From Vitrella brassicaformis CCMP3155 (Eukaryota > Protista > Chromerida), in the NCBI GenBank assembly GCA_001179505.1, contig CDMY01000335.1, positions 51,770 through 115,769 of the forward strand: a stretch of 64,000 bases of DNA. The letters run 5' to 3'. The notes beneath the pieces were generated by a model, which was not told where the DNA came from, searched no databases, and saw only the letters and a program-made list of their open reading frames with translations. Of this stretch, positions 24,379 to 36,479 are shown one piece after another. The first letter of the stretch is position 1. The number at the start of each line of letters is the position of its first letter. The position numbers were made by a program, and so were the translations under genes.

Positions 24379-27300
24379 TCACTCGATGATGAAGGGATCA
24401 GACCCTCGAGGGCTCGTCTTGGCCGACCCTCCCCCGACCGAAGACGACGACAGCTGTCGCGCTGTCCCGCTGCCCTCACCCTCACTCGACGGAATCGACA
24501 CATCTCTCTGCACAGGCGGTGCCGAGGGTGCTGCACTTGGGGGGCGGGCAGCACCTGGCGGACGTCCAGGGGGCCTTGCTCCGGGTGGCCGAGCTACTGT
24601 CGGTCTTTTGGGCAGAGGGGACTGATTGTCGGAAGAGGGAGTCGGGGCGGCCACAGACTCCGACGGGGATGACGATGACTGCTCTTCTGGTTGCGATGGG
24701 GGTTGGGATGGCGGGGCACTTGGAGGTCGCCCTGGCGGTCGACCCGGGGGTCTCGCATTGGGGGGCCGCGCAGGAGGCATTGCGGGCGGCCGAGCACTAG
24801 GTGGTCGCATCGTGGCCGGGGACGCCACCGGCACCTCTGTTGGCACTTCTACTTGATCATCTGGACTGGGCTCGACTGTGGGCGGCCGTGCTGGCGGCCG
24901 CGCACCAGGGGGTCGAGATGGTGGCCGTGCGGGGGGTCTCCTAGTAGGGGGTGGCCGCTTGGGTGCCGATGCCCCGGCTGTCTCTGTTGCATGTGCCGGC
25001 CTCTTGGCGATCTCGGATGGGGATGGTGAGTCGCCGAGCAGCGGGGCGAATTTCTTCGGCGTGGCCTTGATCTCGCGTGTGATCTTGGTGAAGGCCTTGA
25101 GGAATGTGTCGAGCGTGCCGAAGATGGCCTCCATGTGCTTGGGGTGAGGCTCCTCCCCCAGGAAACGCGTCAGCTCCCCCACCGTCTTCTGCACCTCCCC
25201 GAAGCTCTCAGTCATCTTCTGGTGAAGCTCGTCAGCCTGCGCGCGGAGGGCACGCAGCTTGGCCGCCGGCTGAGCCCTCTTGCCCGACAAAGGAGACGAC
25301 TCACCGCCGCTGCCAGCAACCGATCCCTTCTCTTTGTCCTCCCTCCTGGCCGCCGTCATGTCGCTGGGCGACGGAGACGCGGCTGATGCAGCCGAAGAAG
25401 CCCTCTCCCCTTCTGCTGGTCCTGATGATGGTCCCGCTGGCTCGTTCTTGTCCTCTTGCGTCGATTCCTTGTTGTTGCCCCCCCTCTTGAGCTCATCGAT
25501 GACGTCGTCCTTCAGGAATAGCGTCGAGTGCAGCTCCTTGGGCGACACGTCAGCGAGGCCGAGTGGGGATGACTTGCTGGATCGTCGAGAGGAGGGCGAT
25601 TGGGAGTGGGCGGACTTGCCGAGGCGGCGGAGGTTGCCCGTCGACAGGGGGCGGGTGAGGGTCAGATGGATGAACGGACCCGCCTGGCCATCCGACGGCT
25701 CTGACATCACACAACAGACAGACAGACAGACAGGCAGACGACGCCGCCATGCGTGCGAGGAATGCGTGGATGGTATGGTCTCTGGCTGCCCTGTCTGTCC
25801 GTACCTTGTTTGGTGTCCTTGGTGGTCTCCTGTTTGGTGTCCGTCGGCTTGGATGACGGCAGTGGCGGAATGGTGAGGGCGGCAGGCCGACGCTCTTCCA
25901 TCTTGCTCTCACTCGCGGCACCATTCCCTCTTTTGGCCTCTGCCGCCGACTCTTTCGCTGCTGTGGCGTCAGTGGGCTGCTCTTGCGGTGGTGATGATGT
26001 CTTGTTGCCGTCCTCCACACCTGGCTCATCCTTGCTGGTGCCCTCTTGCCCATCCTTCTTGCCCACATCGGCAGCTGGAATTGAACCTCAAGAAGGAAAA
26101 ACGGAGAGCACTCACCCACGTCTTCGTGTTGTCTACATCTTGTGTCGCATGCGCCTACCTTCGGTCTCATCCGCGGCAGGCTTGCTGCGGCCCCCCTCCT
26201 TGTCTTCTCCTTCTGTCGATCCTTGTGTCGGCTCCTCCTTCTTGCCCTCTTTCTCCGCTACTGTCTTGCCCTCTTTCTTGTCATCGCCATCGGCCTTGCC
26301 GCCTCCCCTGTCGCCGTCGTCCACGGCGTACTCTTTGATGTTCTCATCCTTGAGTTCCTCGTCGAGTATCGCCACGCCCTTCTTGACGCTGTCGACCCCC
26401 TCCTGCAGGATCTCGGTCGACACGCGCGCCGCGACGGGGACGAGCGGCATCTCGCTCGGCAGCTCCGCGAGCTCTGGCGCACGGGCGATCATGTTGTAGA
26501 CGATGAAGTGCAGGGCCGACAGGGACGGGTCGACGGCCGTCTTGAAGTCGCTGAGCTTGAGGAGCGAGTTGAGGGTAAAGCCACGCGTGTGCAGCTGGAA
26601 GGACCCGTAGTTGATCCAGTTGCCCCACAGCAGCACCAGCTGCAGCACTCGTCGGAGCGACATGGACGACCGCACCTGGTGCGACGCATCGCGGAGGGTC
26701 ACCAGGTCCTTGTACACGTCCATCTCGACCACCGGCAGGGCCAAAGCGAACCGCAGGACAGCCACACGGGGATGCACACGGGGGACGAAACAGAAGGGCA
26801 GCACGTGCCGCTCGATCTCGCGGAGCTGGGCCTCCTCACCCTTGACGGCGATGAGCAGGGGTCTCTCTTCGTCGGTTGGCAGGATCTGCTCCACCTTCTC
26901 GAGTTCCTCGCTGCTGAGGTCGTCACCGTCGAGCCACTTGAGCTTCTCCGCCACGACCGACGTCGGAAGCGTCAGGCGCGCACAGATGATGCCCACGTTC
27001 TGCGCCCGCTTGGAGTCGAGGACGGCCTTCTTCTGCTCGACCTTCTTCTCCTTTGCCTCGGGTTTCTTGGCGCCCTCCTTGGCTTGCTGCATGAAGACCC
27101 GTGCGATGGTTTTGGTGTCGACGAGCAGCGACGTGACGGCCGGGTTGGCCACGATTTTGTCCTCCTTGAACTCGCTGAAGATGGTCCCGTGCAGCTTGGC
27201 GTCGCCCAGTTCCTTCCAGTGGATCTTCCGCCCCAGCGGCGGCTTGGCCGCCGGACCGCCCTTGCCACTCGCGTCCTTGGCCTTGGTTATCGGCGGGCCC

Positions 27301-30300
27301 TTGCCCTTGACAAGTGGCGGACCCTTGCCCTTCAAGGGGGGGCCCTTGCCGCTCGGGGGTGGCTTGGGTGGCGCCGCCTTGCCGTCCTTGCCTGGTGGCG
27401 GCCGTGGTGGAGTGCCCTTAGCTACCGGAGGCCGGGCGGGACCTGCGCCAGATGGCGGGGCTTTCCCGGGTGGAGGGCGGGGAGGCACGCCCTTGCCCAC
27501 CGGTGGCTTGACCGCCTTGGCTGCCACGTCGACTGACTCTGCCTCGCCTCCCTCCGTCTGGACGTCGGTGGATGTCGATGTGCCGGCAGCCTCGGAGCGT
27601 GGGCGAGGGGGAGGGGGAAGAGAGGGGGCTGAGGGACGGACTGGCCCGGCGGTTGCTCCAGACACCGACGCCTTCCGTGACGGCGGACGGCTGGTGCCTT
27701 CTGCGACTCCATCAGCTGGCGGCTCTTCCTCCACCCCGTCGAGCCCCGACGGCCCCGCCTGAATGGCCATCTCGGCCATCTCAGGCTTGGCTGCCTGAAT
27801 GGGTGGCGACCCGGCCGCGGACCCAGCAGCGCCGGGCGGCAGGTGCTTTTCGATGCGATTGACCACGCCCTTGACGAACCCAGATGGCAGAACCTCCTCA
27901 GCCTTGCCGTCGAGCGGTGACGGCAGAGGGGCCACACGCCCCTCGCGCACCACGCCCTCGTCTGACGTCGACCGGAGCCGCGAGTCGATCGACGTAAATG
28001 GCGGGGCGATGGCGGCACCGACTCCTTCTGAGGTGGCGGGAGGCGCGAGCGAGGTCTCCTCGACCATGGCTCCGCTGATGGACGAAGGCGGCATCTGAGT
28101 GACGGCCATGCCCTGCATCGAGTCCGCATGGGAGGAGACGACCCCGGCCAATGCGGCCGGGCTGCCGAACAGCAGATGCTGTGCGTGCAGGATGTTGGGG
28201 GACACGTGGACGATGGCCGGAGGGGTGAAGGGGTGCACCAGCGGCATGTTGGTGGGCGTGTCCAGCCGGTGCACGGCCGACTGCTGCGCCAGGCCCGACG
28301 AGACGGTCAGGGGGGCCGACGAAGACGTCAGGAATGACGCCGACTCGTCGCTGAAGCGCTCCACGGCGCCTGCGATAGAAGGGTGCTCGCCCGACACACT
28401 CAGCCTCAGATGCTCCCAAGTGCTGTCGGCCCTCGACTCGAGCTGCCTGGCCAGGAACGACAGCGAGTGCCAGCCGGAGGGGCTCCCGCTCCCAGCACTC
28501 GGCGACCCGCCCGCACCGCCACCAGGAACCACCGCACTGGAGAAGTTGCCATCGCCTGGTGGCTGTGGGAAGGACACTGCGTACGAGGGCGCCTTTGCGG
28601 TGGCACTGACCCCACTCCTGAAGGCCTCACTCATCTCTGCGATGGCCCGTGACCCTTGCCGTGACGGACTCGCAGCGTCATGCATCGACTCGTCCGGGAA
28701 AGTGATCATCGAGCCCGACGGCTGGATGGCCAGCGACGGCAGCCGCGGGGGCCACGGGACTGCAAATAAAACAATAAGAAGCAGGGATGAGTTGGTGGTC
28801 GTGGTCGGTGCGTCGATTTGTATGTGGTGTGCGTATTATACCTTGTGGTGTGCCTTCCACTTGCCGGCCTTCTTGCCGCCGCCACACGGGCACAATGGGT
28901 CTGGCGGGGTGCGTGGGGCCGGTGGTGGCCGAGACGGTCGTGTCAGTGGACTCGACTGATGCGAATGAGATGCCGTCAGAGTGTGTGGGGGTGGGGGAGC
29001 TGGGGGTGGGGCCGGCAGGAGCAGCGGCGGCTGGAGCAGGCCGCATCCACTTCTTGGGGACCTCTGAAACACGAGAGACGAAGGAACATCAATCAATCAC
29101 GGCATGAGACAAGGCATTGCATGACAGCACTCTCGTGCACATGTCTCCATCCATCCACCCATTCCACCTGTTCCAGATGGTCTTGCGGCTGCTGCATCTT
29201 GTTGGTCGACATTGAGGGGCACCAGCTCGGGCACCGGCTCCATCACCTCGACGCCCCTCTCGCCCCTCTCCTTCCCCCGATCGTCAGCAGCCATCTCCAC
29301 CTCTGACCAATCCATCGCCGGCCCACTCCCATGCATGTCACCGACGCCCGCATCGCCCGTGCCCTCGGTGATGCTGAACACTCCCTCACCCTCACCAATC
29401 TCACCAATCGGACCCAGAAACCCATTGCTGGCGCCTACCACTGGCTCGGGAAAAGCGCCCGTTGGGAGCAGTCGCACGCCTCCCGGCCGCTCAGAGGGGA
29501 GGGGCCGCTGGTGCTGGTGCCGCTGCGCCCTCTGATGGTGGTGGTGGTGGTGTGCATGGGATGGGCCCCTCACGCCCGCGAGGGCTGGCCGCGATGGGGC
29601 CGGGGCGATGGGTGAAGGTCGCTGGCGGGGGTGGTAGTGTGCCGGGCCGAAGATGGGCCCTTCCAGGCTGCCAGTGTCGTGCCGACTCCAGGAGCCACCA
29701 CCATCAGACATGACGCCGCTGCCGCAGCCACCATGGTCGGGAGGGCCTGATGTCGCCGACCTACTGGACAGCGACACAGGCGAGTCAGACCGGCTGATAG
29801 AGCCCTCCAGCAAGGCTCCATGGGATCGACGCGCCAGCCCCTGTGTTGTCACCTCTTCGCTGGGCGCCAGCGACCGGTGGGTCGGCGCACTCCCGTACTC
29901 CAGCGGGACGTCCTGCTGCAGAAAACCGGGAGCAGTGCCGAACAGGCGACCCACGGGCTTGCCGTTTGGTGCGATGAAGGCCGGTGGCGGCGAAGAGAAC
30001 AGGCGTTGGACCTGTGAGCGGCTGCCCACTGTGTCGGGGGGGCCGAAGTGCAGCGCCACAAAGTTGAGAGCGGGCACGAGCTCGTTCCTGCATATCTTCA
30101 GGGCCACTTCCGCGTCCTCCCTCCTGCAGCCCATCTCCATAAGGTCCTTCAGGATGCCCTCGTCGGCCGACAGCATGTGCCGACCCACAAACTCCCTCGC
30201 GTCAGCCACGGGACGCCTCACACGCTTCCGCGACGCACGGTCGTCCCGACGCACCTCCACTGTCGGCAGTCTGGGCGACGGCGACAGGCTCATCTCCTTC

Positions 30301-33221
30301 CTGCCGCCGCTCGGCCGACCAGCGGTGTCTCGTGGTGTAATCGGCCGACTGATGTCTCTTGGCGTGGTTGGGACGGAGGCTTCAGGCCCCTGTGGCTTGA
30401 CCGCTTCACGTGTCGGGGATGAGGGAGGGGCGGATGTGGCGGGGNNNNNNNNNNNNNNNNNNNNNNNNNNNNNNNNNNNNNNNNNNNNNNNNNNNNNNNN
30501 NNNNNNNNNNNNNNNNNNNNNNNNNNNNNNNNNNNNNNNNNNNNNNNNNNNNNNNNNNNNNNNNNNNNNNNNNNNNNNNNNNNNNNNNNNNNNNNNNNNN
30601 NNNNNNNNNNNNNNNNNNNNNNNNNNNNNNNNNNNNNNNNNNNNNNNNNNNNNNNNNNNNNNNNNNNNNNNNNNNNNNNNNNNNNNNNNNNNNNNNNNNN
30701 NNNNNNNNNNNNNNNNNNNNNNNNNNNNNNNNNNNNNNNNNNNNGGGGCTGGGGGGCACAGATGATGCTGGGGGTGCGTCAGCGAGGTGGGGAGGGGGCG
30801 GGATGAGCAAAGGCACCTCACGCTCCTCTTGCATGGTCTGGTCGGCGGGGCCCGGTGACACCTTGTGTGCCGCGTGCTGATGGAGGAAGATGAGCGACAT
30901 GCTTGGCTCGAGGGCGGCCGCCAGCTCCGGGTCGCCGTCCTTGTCAGTGTCTCCGAAGAGGTGCTGGTCGATGCCGATGTCGATGTCCATGTCGGGCCGC
31001 TTCACCTCCACCATGTCATGCACACCAGGATGCAGGAACCCCGTGTGGAAGGCGTACGCCGCCAAGATGCCGCCCGGCATGTCCAACGACGTCCTGTCGC
31101 CCCGGTCCTTGGTCGACGTGACCTTGCGTCTCTTGGAGTCGGGGCCCTCTGCCTCGGTCCTGAAGCCCTCCGACTCCTCGCCTCCGCTGCTCTCCTTGTC
31201 GCCCTCCACATCCATGTGCGCTGGAGGGGTCGAATCAGAGCGCCGCACAGACGACCGCGGGGGCGACAGGGACGGCGCACTGCTGCCCTCCTCGTGGTCT
31301 CGCTCCCGCCGTAGCCGCTCCTTCAGCTCTCGCTTCCGCTTGAGGTAGGCCGCTGGCTGTCGCAGCCGCACCGTCACCACTACGTCGCCCCGGATCTCCC
31401 ACTGCATGCGCTTCTCGCCCTCTCTCGGCCCACCCTGTCGAGATTCGTCGTCCCTGCCGCCGGCGTGCGTCAGATCCAGAAACACCAGCGCCGTGTCTTC
31501 CCGCTGGGGGTTCCACGCACACACCTGCGATGGCGGACCGGCCCTCTTGTTCCCCTGCGGCGCCGGAATGGTCTGGGACGTCATGATGCGGAAGTCGGGT
31601 TCGCCGATGTAAGGACACGCCTCGAAATCCCAGGTGGGCTCATCCTCTCGAACGCCGATGGGCACGTGTTCCTCGTCTTCGCTCTCTGTGTCGTCCTTCC
31701 TATGCCTCCCCTTCTTGGCGTCGCGGCCGTATTTGGCGTAGGGGGCGGGGCTGGAGGTGTGAGCCCGTGGCGGGCTTTTGGCTGCGAGGGGGAAGGGGGG
31801 ATAGGGGTCATACCTCTCTCCGCTCCCTCTCCTCCTGCCCTGGCCGTCGGCCGACCCCCTCCTGGTCTTCTTGGTCGGTGTCGCCTTGGACACACTGCTG
31901 CCGCCGCCGAAGCCCAGGAACCCAGTGAACCCCTGAAACATCGACGAGCCGCCAGAGGACCGGCGGGCCGGCGGCTGAGACGGGGCCACCGATTTGACGG
32001 ATGACGGGGAGGGTGACATGGCAGGGCTCTTGAGAGTGATTAGGCTGGGGGGCGTCGAGCAGGCCGTGCTCGAATCGGCCGACCGGACGGGACCAGTGGC
32101 GCGCAGGTGGTAGACCTCCACGACGAGGTCCTCTGGTGGCGCGGGGAAGTTGCGAAGCATGATGCTCTTCAGCATCAGCGGCTTGGCCTGCACCGCCGCA
32201 TGCACGTGGCGGTGGGGGTGGTCCTCATGGTGCTGCTGCTGATGCGCGTCGTGCGATGGCGACCCCTCCGGCCCCCTGCCGTCATGGTCGTGGTCGTCTG
32301 GCGGCCTTAATGGCCTTGGGTCCTTGTCAAGCACATGCTTGAAGTAGGTGAGGTACCGCCGGGTCGCTGAGGGCCACTGCCGCAGTGGTGGGCATGGGAT
32401 GACCTCAGGCCGCCTGCTGCCCGCCGCAGAGGACCGCACACCGCCCTCTCCTCCACTGGCGCTGCCCTCACTGCGGTCGCTCGCGTGTCTACTGTCGGGT
32501 GAACGACGTGACGAGGGCCGATGGTCAGACAGCTGGTGGCCATTGGCTGCGTCGGAGAGGAGCAGTGAGGTCTCCCTGATGGTCTGCACCACCTCTGCTG
32601 GGGTTGCGCGGGGGTGCAGGGTCAGCATCAAGCACGCCAGAGCCAGCAGCACACCGTCCGTAGCATTCTGAGACAACACAACACAAGCAGGGAGGGAGGG
32701 AGAGGGAGTCGCATTCTGTGTTCTTCTTCAACGGGTGCATTGTCGTATGTGTATCGCGGACGGACCTCGAAGTGCAGGACGGCGATGTGGTCTTTGGGCT
32801 CGAGCTGCATCCAGTAGAGCATGGAGCTGCAGAGGCTCACGAGCTCTGTCAGCGGCGGTGGCGTGAAGAACCACACGGGCATCGGGTAAGACAGAATTTG
32901 CTCGCGGAAGCTGGAGCGAAACATCAGCAGCCGGCCGAGGTCGTCGGCCTTGTGCAGGTTCCACACCACATAGTAGCTGCCGAGGCCGTCCAGGAAGCCC
33001 TTGAGCTGCTCCACGTTGTTGAGGGGCTTGAAGGGGCTCGTGTGGAACTCATAGGGCGACCGACACACCCACACGCGGCTGGCTATCTGCGCCACGTGCA
33101 GAGGGACCGGGGGAGGCGACACGACCGACTGACTGGGGGAGGGAAGGGGCGACGGCTGGTCCTCATATGCTCTGCTGCTGTGGCGGTCATCTCGGGGAGA
33201 CTTTCGGCTCCCGAACATCAT
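24379..33221 (-). CDS. Large PTEN-C2 type formin (apicomplexan FRM2 / plant class II-like): pseudophosphatase, C2, UBA-like, FH1, split FH2, C-terminal Pro/Arg tract
   Basis: PTEN-like YYVVWNL..HIAVLHFE|NATDG, RRYLTYF and KPLMLKSIMLRNFP; FH1 poly-Pro (~27250-27520); FH2 lasso KIHWKEL, KRAQNVGI (key Ile), GNWIN, GFTLNSLLKLSDFK (key Lys), and RFLGEE..IFGTLDTFLKAF. Phase-consistent introns at ~32767/32669, 29169/29064, 28841/28761, 26160/26087 and 25805/25701. Confidence 0.92.
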
Positions 33222-33666
33222 TATGGGGCACTCATGGGACACCTGGACTGTCCATCAAGATGGCATCAGCAGCCTGACACGACATCAACACACACACCAA
33301 GCGCACACACATAAACGTCGTTCTCTCTCCCCATGTCTGTGCGTCTTCCAAACTCTTCAGCATACATACGGTGTTGCTGACCTGTTCATGGCCGCCTGTC
33401 ATTTGCGATAAGCATCGGGATGGCCGCACAGTGGCAGCACATATATCAAGACGGCCCAAACACGACAACTCACCAAACCAACCGCTAGAATCTTGTGCTA
33501 TGGAGCAATGTGGACCACTCTGAGTTCCTTACCCTCAAAATGCTCAGCGCGCCCGCCTTGCGAGCTTAGCTTGCGGGATGGCGCGAGCGTGAAGATGAAG
33601 GAAAGAGAACGATTCCGATGCTGAGGAAGTGATTGGTGTGTGTGCGAGTGCTTCGCCAGCCTGCAG

Positions 33667-35351
33667 ATGTGCTGTCCAGAGGATGTGCTGGCTGATGACG
33701 ACATCAGTACGGATGTTTTCGCTGCTTTGGTTAGTTTGTGTGTTACCTCGGTGCCCTGTCAGAGCATCGTCTTTCATCCCCGTCCCAGCCGTGACCGTCA
33801 GCGGCTCACCTCGGCGCATCCGATCAACCATCACGCGACTCGGAGCGGCGAAAGGTTGGCCCATCCCATGGCTCTGCGCATTTGCAGCTAAGCGAGCTGC
33901 CCGTACCTGCGGATGGAGTTCTCCTTCGAAGCACAAAGCCGGCAAGGTGCGACCGTTCCTTGCAACAGGTGGGCTACCGTGGCGAAGGTGGAGCCGCTGC
34001 CGGCCACTCGGAGCCTCCTGTCCAGGCACCTGCTGCCGCACTGGATGAGGGGGAGGTAGGGAGATCTGACAACAGGCAATCGAGTGCACTGGATGTGACT
34101 GTCTGCATGCCGCTGTCTTCCACGTGGTGTGTGTGCGCTGATCGATCAGGTGCTGGATTGGACGCCCGAGTTCTACCCTGCACAGGAGAACATAGAGCAA
34201 ATGAAGCTGCAAGTTAGGATCAACAAACGACTTCCGCTGCCCAAAGTGACAGTGCCAGTTGAAATGCGCCGGTTCTTCTTCGATACCGCATACTCGGCCG
34301 GAATCAAGGGCATCTTGACAAAGTGAGTGAGCCAATACACACATACCTATGCACACACGAACACACTCCCCAGCCAACACCCCCGCAACACCGACCCGCC
34401 CACTGTTGTCTTTGTGTGTGTTTCATCAATAGGACCTTAAAAGTGAGCCGCCGGCCAAGGAACATTACCTACGGTGGCTATTACTTCTGGCTTCTGGTGC
34501 GTGGGAGGGTGGCACATCCACATCCAAACACACAGTCATACGAGTCGGTCGGTCGGTCGGTCGGTCTGTCTGTGGTGTGTCGATCAACCACCCACGTACC
34601 TAAATGCAGATGTATGAGCTGGTCCGTCAGACCGATTGGCGGGTGGTTGTGTCTGCCGTGGACGGGCCTAACGCCGACGACGGGCATGATTATGGCGATG
34701 GCGGCGATGACTACGATCCGGAGTGGGACGAGGACGAGGAGGAGGAGGTGGTGGTGGAGAAGGAGGACGTATTCACCCTCATCGTCATCGAAAAGGATGG
34801 CCTCAACCTCAAAATCAAGAGCGAAGAGTCAGCCAGTGTGTCGAGTGTGTGTGCTTGACAGACAGACAGACAGACAGGGATGGAGGGAGGCTGCGATGTT
34901 TGTGCGTATGCGTCCATTGACGGTGTGTGTGTGTGTGTGTGTTTGTATGTATGTGTGTGTGTGTGTGTGTGGATGTGTGTGCAGCGACGGGACGTTGTTT
35001 GCCGTGCTGATGGGCGTCCAGCTGAGCAACAAGGCGTACGACGACTTGATATGGCTCATGCGTGATCGGGGCATCACGCAGTGTGCAGCTGTCATCGAGA
35101 AGAGGTGGTACTGCAAGTACTTGGACCACGACACCAACAAGCTGGTGGACACCATGGATGAGCCCATCCATCTGGTTGATGAAAGCGGGATGGGCGCGCA
35201 GAAGGCAATTGACTACATTCTAGATCGCCTGCAGCACCCAGACAAGAAGGAAGAACCAGAGGGCTTTCAGGGGCCGACGTTGGGGGACATAATGGCGGAC
35301 TTCGCGGCGGCTACGGGGGGTAGAGAGACGCCGATAAGTGTGACTGGCTGA
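33667..35351 (+). CDS. Catalytically degenerate PD-(D/E)xK (HsdR-N-like) nuclease paralog, multi-exon; N-terminal exons uncertain
   Basis: Exons 34150-34322, 34433-34496, 34610-34827 and 34985-35351 splice in frame: ..KRLPLPKV..DVFTL..DDGTLFAVLMGVQ..WYCKYLDHDTNKLVDTMDEPIHLVD..AIDYILDRL. This aligns by eye with the convergent ORF but has M-G-V where that ORF has E-V-K. Confidence 0.7.
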
Positions 35352-35513
35352 CTGACTGACTGACTGACTGACTGAGATACATATGCTGGCTATCTAGTCA
35401 CTCACATGTATATAACTGGATGGACGGAGTGATCGTATGTATGATGCCGTCCAGCCAGGCAGCTGTTTGGACGGCTCGAATGAATGAGGAAGAAACGACA
35501 CAGACGCAAAGCG

Positions 35514-36479
35514 TTAGAGGCCAGCTTGTTTTTGTGCGTGGGCGATCTGTGTGCAATTAAAGTATGAGAAGGAAGGAGGGAGGGGGCGAAAAGTTTGCCG
35601 GCGCGATGCATAGATTATGCGTGACAGACTTTCCTCAAATCTCTGCGTCTCATTCAAGTGGTCGTTTCTTTGAAAAAATGTCATACAGCAAAGGGCAATA
35701 AGGCATGGAAGTCTTCTACATATATGACGCTCTCTTGTACATACGGACCCCTCCACGTGACGCACATGCCCGATTTCACTTGCCCTCACTGACCCCTGAA
35801 GCTGACGATTGCATCCTTCATTTCTCCGCAAACGCTGGAGTCTTGTCCTATCGCGATTAGACCGTAGCCCATTCGGTCTTCTTCCATCGGGCAGACAAGC
35901 CAGAATCCATTCCACCACAGCCTCCACGCTCTGCTGAGGATCAATGAGCTCGAGGGGCCTTCTGTTGTCCACCAGCTTATCGGTAATGGGATCCCTTCTA
36001 CAAAATTCCCACTTATTGCCATCGCTGCACGCATACCATTCGACTTGCAGTGCCCCTTTTTTTTCGTTTAGTTTCAGCCTCATGTTGTATCTCTCAAGCT
36101 GCCCAAACACCGTGTCGAGCTCATTTGGTATTTTGACCTCAATGATCAAGAAGGGAACATTGTCGCATGCAAGTAGATAATCTGGACGTAGGTCGTCTTT
36201 TCTTGTCAACTTGCTGGTCTTGGGATCGCGCAGCGTGAAAACAGGCCTGTTCAATGTCTTGGACCAAAGATGATCATCATAAAACGTTAGCCGCCCACTC
36301 GTCACCAAGTAAAGATACAGCAGCATCAAATTGATAGTCTTACTTTGATATTCCCTCTCGTTTGGCGGCTGGACGTAGTGAATGGCGTCCTTCTCGATTT
36401 CATTAATCGTCCGTCTTGTGATTTGATCGAGTAGGCGAGGGACTTTCAGTAGCGGCAGTGCAGGCCTATCAACTGTCAT
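35514..36479 (-). CDS. Intronless PD-(D/E)xK restriction-endonuclease-fold protein resembling type I restriction R-subunit N-terminal (HSDR_N-like) domains
   Basis: RPDYLLACDNVPFLIIEVK..FGQLERY..WYACSDGNKWEF matches the PD..ExK..Q..Y..(T/S)(N/D)G..W signature. First ATG of the domain at 36479; the true C-terminus may lie in another frame (stop at 35786). Confidence 0.8.
   Translation of the reverse strand: MTVDRPALPLLKVPRLLDQITRRTINEIEKDAIHYVQPPNEREYQSKTINLMLLYLYLVTSGRLTFYDDHLWSKTLNRPVFTLRDPKTSKLTRKDDLRPDYLLACDNVPFLIIEVKIPNELDTVFGQLERYNMRLKLNEKKGALQVEWYACSDGNKWEFCRRDPITDKLVDNRRPLELIDPQQSVEAVVEWILACLPDGRRPNGLRSNRDRTRLQRLRRNEGCNRQLQGSVRASEIGHVRHVEGSVCTRERHICRRLPCLIALCCMTFFQRNDHLNETQRFEESLSRIIYASRRQTFRPLPPSFSYFNCTQIAHAQKQAGL

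Noticed and set aside
26142-27762. Long plus-strand ORFs (464 aa and 383 aa)
   Set aside because: Antisense shadows of the GC3-rich formin exon.
30445-30744. ORFs running through N gaps (also 10639-10938, 14544-14843 and 61522-61821)
   Set aside because: Openness is an artefact of Ns; true gap length and content are unknown.
19739-36479. Methyltransferase-like gene plus restriction-fold nuclease as a restriction-modification system
   Set aside because: They are ~15 kb apart with unrelated genes between, and no DNA-MTase catalytic motif (DPPY/NPPY/PC) was seen.
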